A DNA stretch of 64,000 nt from Balanoglossus misakiensis (taxonomy: Eukaryota > Animalia > Hemichordata). A model generated the notes under the pieces. That model was not told the origin of the DNA. It worked only from the letters and a program-made list of their open reading frames with translations, and searched no databases. Made by a program: the position numbers and the translations under genes. The stretch covers positions 2,848,075-2,912,074 of the forward strand of contig CM082589.2 in the NCBI GenBank assembly GCA_040954595.2, written 5' to 3'. This document shows, piece after piece, positions 43,974-54,000 of the stretch. The stretch's first letter is position 1; every line of letters begins with the position of its first letter.

Positions 43974-44012
43974 CCCCCCCCCCTCTCTCTCTCTATCCCC
44001 CCTCTCTCTCTC
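43974..44012. repeat. poly-C/(CT)n tract
   Basis: cccccccccc tctctctctc tatcccccc tctctctctc. Confidence 0.8.
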
Positions 44013-46259
44013 TGAGGAAGACGAAGGGAATCTTATTTTCTGTCTCTCGGAAGATCAAAGGAAAGAGACACGGCGCTTCCTCCGGGGACAGGCGAGATGG
44101 GGCGGGGATGTGCGCTGAAGCGCGCCTTATTCACGGAGACGGCATTGAGAAAAAACACACTTACGGATCGCGAGTCGCTCTCGCTTCGGTTGCCACCCAA
44201 AGGTGGATACAGTGCCTTTAATTCGCGACTTTAGATCACTGGGGCTGAGGCAGCTATTGAATATTGAAATTCATCATGGCGATGCACAGGTGAAACGGAT
44301 TGGGGCTGGCTCCGTCTGCCCCCCCCCCCCCCCTCTCTTTTCAGATTATCCCAAAGAATTAATTAGTGGTATAGAACAGTAACTAAACGCGGTCTTTGAA
44401 TGGCCGGTTCTCCATTAACAAACAACTGATCACTCATATCAAAAAGGGAAACAAAATAAAAGAAATGGAGGTACGAAAAAAATAGAATGAGGAATGAAAA
44501 TGAGGGTTGGTAATTGTGTTGAGTTATCACCTACCCAGATTTCAGTATAAAAAAATCAATATCTGCAATCATGTCGAACGCAGTTGGATATTTGTGATGG
44601 AAATCAAGTACAAATTTCAGTTTTCACTCAAAAATAATTTAATGTGCGCTTCATAAGCTCCAAAGGGAGTTTTTTTCGGTGATGACTGGTGACGTCAATA
44701 ATGGTATGTTTATAGCGTGTATATACTAATCTCGAGCGTCGGTTACTTTTTGTGACAAATATCACCAAATGCCCCCTCCTCCCCAACATAATTATAAGAT
44801 GGGGAGATATGCGTGTTGGTACAAATAAATTTAAATCTGTGGAGTGAGCGGGGACAAAACTACGAACACGATAAACATGGCAACTCCGATCAAAACACGA
44901 GAAGGTATGTTTGTACGCTGGACGATTCTCTGGCGGCGTTTTAGATAAGCCCAAAAGTTGTCTCGCGCGCACCGCGTTTCTTTTAACACTTACGGTGGGA
45001 TGGGCGCAACCGCATGTTCCCTTGTATCTTCACTTCGCATCTCTTCAGTTGTTGGAAAGCGTCACCTGATAGCGCTTCGGGTCTGGCCGTTCGACGTGCC
45101 GCGGTATCGCCCGAAATCAGTTACACCGCTCTCCGTAACCAGAGAAGACATATAATTATTTAAAACAGGCATCGCAACTACATCGCAATTAGTTGGTTAG
45201 TAATTGCAGCGGCGCTGCCGGTGCGGGCCTTACATTCTCCTGCGAAGAAAATCTGACATCTGAGACTGTATCGGTGATTCTTGTACGTGGTGTACAAAAC
45301 CCAGCCGCGCCCAAGCCCGCAATGCAAGCGCGTAAGGGCGCGCCGCGTCCCGTCACTGAACCGAACGTCCCGGAAGTTGTTGATTTTCTGCGCAAACACC
45401 ATAAGTCACCTTAAGTGGACAGTATGGGTTTTCGCCAACCACTTTGCACCTTGTTGTAAAACACCCGCAATCAACAACTTAGTTTATTCTGTAATTTGCA
45501 CGGGACGCGATGGGTGTTAATATGATTTAGCTCTCTTAATTGCACACCCTGTCTTTTAGACAATTGTCTGGCATGCTCGAATTAGTCGCATCGCTACAAG
45601 ACACCACGCAGCGAGACACTGTAACCCGTCACACGGCGTTTCACAAGCTCGCCACCCGGCAGCAGTCAACAAACAGCCGGTCAAACTGCGAAACAACTCC
45701 CCGACGCGCTTGGCGAAAAGTCTGACCAAGCGCTACCACAGAAAAAGGCGCCCTACCAAATCCGTGCTTGTCAAAATCGGGGTGTCAGTGCGCTGACTGT
45801 CACAGTGAAATAGGGGCCTGACTTGCCTGTCGACGGATGCTTAGTCACGCCCTCTGTTGGAGAGTAACTCTTGGCCATTGACAAGTACGTTCACACAGTG
45901 TTCTGAACAGACCATCAACTGCTCCGCCCCCCTATTTATAGTCAGCAAGCTATTGGGTGTGAGACAGCCAAACGAAAGAGGATTTGTTAAGTGGGAGGTG
46001 TCAATCATCTTAAACGCCCGTAATTTATTTACACACTATTTGTTAAACACTACCGAACCGGTGTCGGCCAATAAGAACCCCTACGTAATTGCAGAATGAT
46101 TTAGTACGCCAGACATCGAGTTAATTAAAATATGTCCCGCACGCCATTCACAACATCCCTGCGTAGTAAAAGGCCTCTGCAAAAAAGGGGCCGGGCTATC
46201 GGCATCACAAACAGACCGGAGATAGCTAGAGGAGTTTTCACTCGTAGCAATACGTTGCA

Positions 46260-46420
46260 TGCATGAGTCCAGTACTGTACTATATGCACCGAACCGGTTG
46301 TCTGTGACTCACCGTTCTATCACAAAGCGAGTCAGCTCCGAGCCCCGGCGTCTCTCTCTCCTTTTTTCTACAGCTATTATATCACCTCGTCGCCTTCAGG
46401 CGGTATTTTGATTCGAATAG
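46260..46420 (+). promoter_or_regulatory. candidate proximal AP-2 promoter or enhancer
   Basis: AACCGGTT (Grainyhead palindrome, 46292-46299), TGACTCA (AP-1, 46305-46311), a CT tract, and GCCTTCAGGC (AP-2 GCCN4GGC, 46392-46401), about 1.1 kb upstream of exon 2. Confidence 0.45.
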
Positions 46421-46700
46421 GACTCGATTCCGAACAGGCACTCCAGTTTGAATCAATCGACTATCACAAACGAGGAATTGACCTCCATACAGAGTCAGTT
46501 CAGTGTGCGCTCTGTGTTGTGTTTTTGTGTTAATAGCGTGACTGTATACAAGCCATCCGATCCAACCAGTCGCCGGACCACCACAACAATCTACCCATGC
46601 TCCAACTTAAATGACCAAAAACGGGTTTGTGAGAACCCCGTCAACTAACCTCTCCAGCCGCCGCGACTTGACTGAGAGGTGAAGCCATCCGGTATTTATT

Positions 46701-46709
46701 ATGGCCCAG
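46701..46709 (+). CDS. TFAP2: candidate alternative first coding exon of AP-2 (MAQ)
   Basis: ATT ATG GCC CAG|GTAGGA has strong Kozak context (A-3, G+4) and a phase-0 donor, with an in-frame upstream TGA at 46680. It gives an 802-nt intron to exon 2. Confidence 0.5.
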
Positions 46710-46757
46710 GTAGGAGCTTATTAGCAGCGAGAGAGCTCCCTCCATCAGCCTGCATTA

Positions 46758-46815
46758 GCCAATAAGTATATAAACCCAAGCGAGTCGGCGGCGCACAACC
46801 TCAGACGTTTCAGTC
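46758..46815 (+). promoter_or_regulatory. candidate TATA core promoter
   Basis: CCAAT (46759-46763), TATATAAA (46767-46774), and Inr-like TCAGAC/TCAGTC at 46801-46815. Confidence 0.4.
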
Positions 46816-46856
46816 AGCCAAACAACTCAGACACAGCTTTCCAGTCTCCCGGCGGC

Positions 46857-46901
46857 ATGCCCTCAGTACACGGTTTAATTGACTCAAGCTACGGCTCCGA
46901 G
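46857..46901 (+). CDS. TFAP2: weak candidate alternative first exon (MPSVHGLIDSSYGSE)
   Basis: First ATG after the TATA promoter (GGCGGCATG). The frame is open to GAG|GTGCCT in phase 0, but the donor is weak at +4/+5. Confidence 0.25.
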
Positions 46902-47511
46902 GTGCCTTCGCTTTTTCCACAATAATCCTATCGTTGTATTTATCCGCGTTCACCACTCTGCTGCCATTCATTCAGTGTGTCTGCGGGTTGTAGGAGCGGC
47001 AGGCTGGAGTGATTGGACGCGGATAATTCGCTGTGGACCATATCCCATTTTTTTCTGTGTTTCCCTGCGTGTTGTTATGCGGCCGGTGCGTCACAGCGGC
47101 GAAAACGTGGACCGGTTTGTGGTCCGCCTTTTCGCCGTGCTGTGAGGCGGCCGGCTCCGGCGACATTCAAATGTACGCACACTGTCTAAATTTACTGTTT
47201 TGTGAGACCTCTCAATGCGTTCTCCGTGCTAAATTTTACTGCACCGAGCAATTCATTATGCTTTAATAAGAAAGCCATTGAAAACAGTGCACAAAACATG
47301 ACAGCCAACCATGGACGGTGTTACCCATGATGACATTGCTTTTGTATGCCAACAAAAACAACAACACGTCCCAGACACTCGTTTACAAAATTGATTTTCT
47401 GAAGGAAAAAATGCAACTTAATTTTCTTGACTCGGTTTTTGTTTTCGCTTGGGATTTTTCATGGCACGTTTTTGCTAATGTGTGTTTTTTTCTTCTGGTT
47501 TGTTTTTGCAG

Positions 47512-48006
47512 GAACGGACAGACCTTGTAACGGGGCATCGATCCGGGTTTACGGCAGGAACTGTTGGCAATTCATCGTCATCTTTTACTTCGGCGCCAAG
47601 ACTCTCACACACACCCACCACGGATTTCCAACCCCCTTACTTCCCACCGCCCTACAATATCCCCCAGCAGCCTTCTCAACTGGACTTTCACCACCATGTC
47701 AACACAGACCCCTACTCTCACCTCAACACCCTCCACCAACCCCAGCAACACTACCACCAACTCCAGGCGCAGCACCGGCCCCAGCATGTGCTGCGGCACC
47801 GGGAGGACGCCGACCCGCTGCACCTACAGACCAACATGCACCCGGGTATGCCGCAGCTATCGGCGCTAGACGGGCGGCGGGACTACGGAGGGGTTCGTCG
47901 CCCCGACGTCTTAGTGCACGGCGGACACCATGGACTAGGAAACCCTGACACTGATCTTCTTCTCCACGGATCCGGACTAACCCACGGACTCGACTCGGAA
48001 TCTCAG
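47512..48006 (+). CDS. TFAP2: Transcription factor AP-2, exon 2 (transactivation domain), 165 codons, phase 0/0
   Basis: Branch point CTAAT (47475-47479), polypyrimidine tract, TTTGCAG| acceptor and CAG|GTAAGA donor. The protein ERTD...[18 protein letters not shown]...DPY...LDGRRDY...RRPDVL has the hallmark motifs of vertebrate AP-2 exon 2 (L[SC]HTP, [DE][13 protein letters not shown], LDxRRDY, RRPDVL). Confidence 0.97.
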
Positions 48007-51000
48007 GTAAGACCCAGAAACTTTTTACATTTCCCGTACTTATGCCATTTTTGTTTATTATTTTATATTTCGGCTTCCTGCTTAGGCCGCTGTGTCTGTG
48101 TAAAAAAATACCAAACCACCAAAACTTTTAAGTACGACAGTTTCTAAAATTTGGTGTCAACAGTTAGGCGGTCGAAATGACCTATTTTCAGCGAGTGGTT
48201 ACCCCTCAGACATTTTCGACTGAAACTGCACCGAAATACCCCACCATACTGGAAAAGATTTCTCTTTCATTGGTTTAGCCATGCGTGTTAGTTTTTCTGC
48301 GGAAAAAAATCTAAACGTTTGTCAAACAGCGTTTCAAAATGGTGACGTGTTGACTTATGCTGGTGTGTTGGGTTCTGTTTTGAAAACGTCGACCGATGAA
48401 CGCCCAACTTCGAATAGTATATCTGCACGAGTGGTCATAGCCCGCTGGTAGATCGGAGGAAATTTGCACGCCTAGGTCTCAAAATCAGAGCAAACTCAGA
48501 GAAAAAGACACAATCGTTCACGAATCTAATTTGAGACCAAAATGTGGGGGTAATTATAGGTGGGACGCCGATTTCTGGGTGGGGTTACTGAAACTAAGCG
48601 AAGACACAGCGGAATTGAACCAGGCCGGGTTGCATATAATAGCATAAACGTCTAACAGTTTGTTAGTAAATTGTTATCGATCTTGAGCTTAGCTTCGAAA
48701 ACAGAGGGAGAAAAGTATCAAACCAAGTGGAAACACTATTGAACGATCGAAGTCGTGCATTACTGTGAATTTGCATCTTGTCTCATCGTTTGAATTGGGG
48801 TATTAGTCTCTTAATTTCTTAACGTCGCAGGGTGTTTTGAAATGACAGTAACGCAACGAGTCGAGACGATTTAAAAGTTAGGGCTGTGGTTACGTGTCAC
48901 CCATACAAGGACCGTCTACATTCACAGGGGGAAAGTTTCAGTATTCGGTGTTTGACGGTAAACCCGTCAACACAGGCAGACAATATCTTGACAAAAAATG
49001 TCGTCTGCAGCATCATGGTGGCCATTGGGGACGGCATGTAATGTCAAATGTACTACAACACTTGCAACGAGATTTCACGTGATAATGTCGATGATTCTCG
49101 TTCAAAAGCGTGTTCCACTCCAGTCCTTGTGAACTGCTACCTTCTTTAGAAATAGGTATAATTCGATTCCGCCCCGCGCCCCATTTTCCCTTTGAGTTTC
49201 AAGGATGTTTCGCTAGTAATACGAGCGGTGATTTTCAAAACGATACCATCAGGCGTGTGTGTGTAAGCAGCAGTCCCCTACGCCGCCGAGACAAACCACC
49301 ACCAAACCGTCTCGACTACACCAGTTTACTTTTTGATCCAACCGATATACAAGCAGCATGTGCATAATCAGGCGACGACCGGACTCACCGGGATAACCAC
49401 TGGAAAAATTCAAATTAATAATATTAGACGTGGCCCAGTCGGCAAAACTAGTTAAAGCCATTTACGCGTTGTTACCGATGTCAGGACCAAATTATCCTGC
49501 ACTGGGGAATTATTTAGGTCCGTTCGACGCATCAACAATTCCGATATAGCAGATAAACACAGCTATTCGCACCTAGTGAAATATCTGGCAATTTGATCAT
49601 TTTATTTCTCCTTGGCTACCGTTTCACACACTCATAGAATGTTGATAATTTCGTAGACAGATGTTCGGCGGTATTAACGACTCCGCAGTTCATAACACTG
49701 GCACAATCTGTGTGCCAGGTTCGTCACTACCATTGTCTCCCTCGCCCAAATAAAATGTTCGAGCATTTAGCCTCTCAAATATTGACTTATACTTAACTTT
49801 CATTTGTTCTAGTAGTCTGTGATCGCGTTTAATTTGTCTGTCCGACACGTACATCGCAACTAATCGCCTGAAACATTCATGTTATTAGTTCGCTGTAGTC
49901 GAGAGTTGCCCAGTTTTTTCTCCTCGCCCATTTCGGAATTGATTGCAACCCCTTTCTATCGTCCACCGACAGCAGGACGATGTGAGATTGTTTATTTGTT
50001 TTCGATCAGGGCTCGGGTTTGTCGTCAGAGTTTGAGCCGTGATGAGATGGGCACCTCGTTTTTAATTTGTGAGGAAAAATCTCGGCGTTGGGCTGACTCG
50101 CGCTATCAGTTGATTTAGAAGTATGCCACCATAGGGGGAAAATATAAACACACCACACACCCCACGCTAGCCAATAAGACCTGAGTTCTCTTCTCCGATT
50201 TAACGTTTCTCATACGGAGCAACAACACGCCGGCTTAAACACGTCCCCTGTGTCCCTACATGCGTGTGAGTTTGCTCTTAATATGAGGCTAGGTATAACA
50301 AGCGTTGTTTATTGGGCCCATTGGTACAAGCGCCCCTTTCTTATAGATGCCAGTGTACACTCATCTGGTCAGGCTTTCCCTATTCACTAAGCTGGCTGTC
50401 ATTAATCTAAACTACTGCAGACCTTTTCAAACAGCACAGGCTACTCAGATAAACAGGAGCGGCGGAAAAAACAATAGCGTTTGTCTTGCTTTTCTTGTCG
50501 TCTCCTCTGGAACAAAGTACTAAACGAGAGAAGCAATTTGGGAGGAAAATGCCGGACAAGTCTATGCACAATTGAGGTTCATTTAGCCGGCTGCCTCCGC
50601 CAAAGAATTTCACAATCACGTCGCCCCGTACGGTCCCGGGTCCTCAACAACCCTGAATGACGGTGCAATTTCATGGAAGAGGATTGCTACAATAACGCCA
50701 GAACTTTTCAATTATTGCTCACCGCAACGGCACTTAAAAATTCGCTGGGTATTGTGTAGGGTGCATGTATGTATACTGTCTATCCCAAACATGGCGACCG
50801 CCATTTTCTTTCTGTTGATCCCGTCCCAACGCACAAGTATAACACTCATCAACATATTTCCGCAAGTGTCTCTCTGTGTTTCAACTTTTGCGTAACCACA
50901 CGGCAGTTAATGAACAAGAAAGTGAAAAAAAACGAGAACCTTCAGGATTTAGCAGCTTTTGCGAGTGAATCAAGACGATGTCGAGTAGGGGGTGACGGAG

Positions 51001-54000
51001 GGCTTAAGTCTTAGTCGAAACTTTGGCTAGTCCAGATTCAGAATCGACCGGAGTGCAAATTATTTTGTATCCATTGATGTGTTGTGGGCGCTTTGAAATA
51101 GAAAGTACACAAGAGAGCCTCTTAGTTCATTTGTTGAACACAATGAAGTACATTTAAAGAACATGCAAATACGAGTAACACTATGAGGTTTCTCTTCAAA
51201 GGGGAATCGGGAACAAAAACAACTGGGTTGCCGGCAGATTATCTGATTTTTTACCCTTAAAGGTTTGTCAGAAAAGGCAGAAAGAATAGACAACAAAAAT
51301 GCATATTAGCGGTTGACAATTGTGTGTGTGTCTAAAAAACGGAGGGGTACTGAAGGCAGAACTTAGTGCAACTATTAAGAATTAGACTTTTCCACTGTCA
51401 GTATGTATTGGTCCTTGTAATGAAAATTGTATTCCTTGAAGGAGTTGACTATTTTTCTATGGCTGACGGCCTCTGAGAAAAAAAATTGTTCAGTAAATGT
51501 TGAGAGTGTGGCCGGGTTCCTTTCAAAATTCAGCAAACCAAGAACATGAGCTATTCAATTCAACAAACACACAAGTTTTCGAAAACTTTTCTTTTCCAAA
51601 AGATGTTGATGCCACATTAAATCGTGCTTAGCCAAATGAATCGTCTTTCCGAGTTAAAATGCGAGTTTCGCGAGGTCACCTCTCTCCCGTCGAAGGTTAA
51701 AAAGGCACGGGAGGGAGGTGCGATCCCCCGGAAGTGAGGCGAGCAGTTAAAACGAGCAGAAAGGCACAACCAGACAACAAGGCGAGAGTCTGACGTTAAA
51801 AGCGAACCGGAGTTTAGTCGGGGGAGAAAAAGCCCAGTACTGCATGCTTGGTTGAGTTCGATGAAACACTGTTTGGTGACACCCATGGACGGGTCACCTC
51901 GCGATGGATACAAAAATTGTTGAATGGCCAACCTAAATGCTTTATAGTAAAGTCTTACACCTCATTTCAAACTGAAGATGCTGGCCGGCTTTTTATATAG
52001 AGCTGTCTGTCGTCATGAAGTTCCTTCCTTTTGTAACTTAGCAAAACTCACCCGGCGTGTACAAGACAATTTATTTCGTCTCCCAGTTCAAGAACGTGTC
52101 TGAATTCTTCTTCCAGTCTTTCCTAGATTACTGTAAATATAGGTTCATCGTTTTGACGTTTCGATGAAGTTCCTATTTTTTCAATGAGTCAATGACAACA
52201 AAGTACAAGTGTTTTGATTGGTCGGATTGAACGAACTCGAGCTGAAGCCCTACGTCACAACGTATGGGGAGCCCCTATATAAATATTAATATAAAGCCCG
52301 GTAATAGGCAAATTCGATTTTAGTTCAGAAGGCTCTTCTTTTCAACAAATGGCCAACTTGCGTGATGCGCTTTGTCGAACCCCTCGCCCTCAATTTTTTA
52401 TATGAACGTCAGTTCATTATATCGTAAGCCTATCTTCTTAGCAATTAGTGTTTATACCGAATCATCGACCCCTTCGTCATTCAACCGAGTTGTTTGTTTG
52501 TTCGTTCGTTTGTTTACTTACAACTCAAGAAGACAGGTCATTTATTGGACACAACAAATGACAAACAATTGATGCATTTCCAAATTAAAGATGTGGTTTA
52601 TTCTATATCGGTAATTAACACCCACCTTGTAATTGTTATATTTTAATAACAAACAACATAACAAAAGCGGTTCATTTTAATTTCTAGTGGTAATTGAGTT
52701 AATAGATTAAATTTCTAAAGAAAGATGACAAGTTTTCTGGCGAGCGAATGAACTAGGTCAACTCAGGCAACTGTCAATATAGTTATCTTATGGCTTCGTT
52801 TTATCGATTTCTTAAACAAAACGTCTCAATCAGTCCATTTCGTGTAGAACAACGCGACAACAAGTTTCTAAATATCGTTTTTTTTTCAAATCGAAGTCAT
52901 AGCCGTCACTCACTGGCTGTTTCCGTAATAAAAAGCTATTTGATATCGAAGGTGTGTAATCGGTTCGGATTAAAAATGGACGGGCGTTCTTTTTAGCTGT
53001 TTGGCAGACACAATGGGGCTCGTTGCGACACAGGCGACGGATTTCGATGATAGTCGCTCTTTTATTAGCCATAATTTTTTTTGTGATTACGACGTCAAAG
53101 CCAAGGGGGTAAGGCATGGATGGTCACGTGATCTCTCAGATATCAACATCGATGACGCTACTATTGGTTGTGTTATTCCTGGAGTAAAAACCACGTGGTC
53201 TTTTTTTTTGGATGCGAAGCCATTTTTGTTTGTTTCCATATTCAACCATGTTTGTTCGCGGTTGGGATAGTGGAGCCTATTTTTAGATTCATCGTCGCGG
53301 CCTGACATTTATTTCATATCTTAAAACGATTCACAATCGTTTTATGGTGCGGAGATGTTATATGCGTACATGAATATTTTTGACAATGGTGCCATATTTT
53401 TAGCAACATTGCTAGCTTTTCTTTGAACGGATTTGCCTTCATCGTGGTGTTAGGAATGCATTTTAATTACATGTATTTATCAACAATGAGGGATTTTGAA
53501 ACGATTCTGAAACCAGTTCCCCGTTCCTGATTTCTCTCTACGCTTCGTGGGTAGCTGAGAAACATACCAAGTGCCTCGTGCTGTGATTTTAAGTAGCGAG
53601 ACTAGAAATCGATAGATCAAAACTGTACAACAACGTGTTTGTGGGGGAGGGGGTGTAGTATGAAGGAAGAATCGGTCCTGCGTCTTAGAAAGCGACGATC
53701 GATGAACAACGTATTTCAACGGCGAGTCAGTGTTTGTGTGTCGATTGGGACTCGCGGGTGACATCTCGGAGAACCGTTTGTTCCCGAAGTTCGAAATGAC
53801 AAGATGAGCAGCAAATTCCCGCAAATTAGTGATATTAATAAAGTCTGACCAGTGACAACACATGGGACAGGCGATGCGGGCATTAGTTGCTCAATATATA
53901 CAATATTCACGGAAGATTTTATTTTTCAACGCGGGGAGGAGGGATGGAGTGGTGAAAATGATTTTTTACGACTGATCGAAGTGAAAATTTCCACCCGTCT

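Noticed and set aside
47427-47948. Overlapping alternative-frame and antisense ORFs across exon 2
   Set aside because: These are shadow ORFs of a C-rich, stop-poor coding exon.
47482-48147. ORF-track boundaries for the AP-2 ORF (221 aa)
   Set aside because: Both ends are intronic read-through. The splice sites define 47512-48006.
53008-53108. Possible alternative exon 3 (ggcag|...GG|GTAAGG)
   Set aside because: Its phases do not fit the 0-in/1-out pattern, and the phase-0 translation is not AP-2-like.
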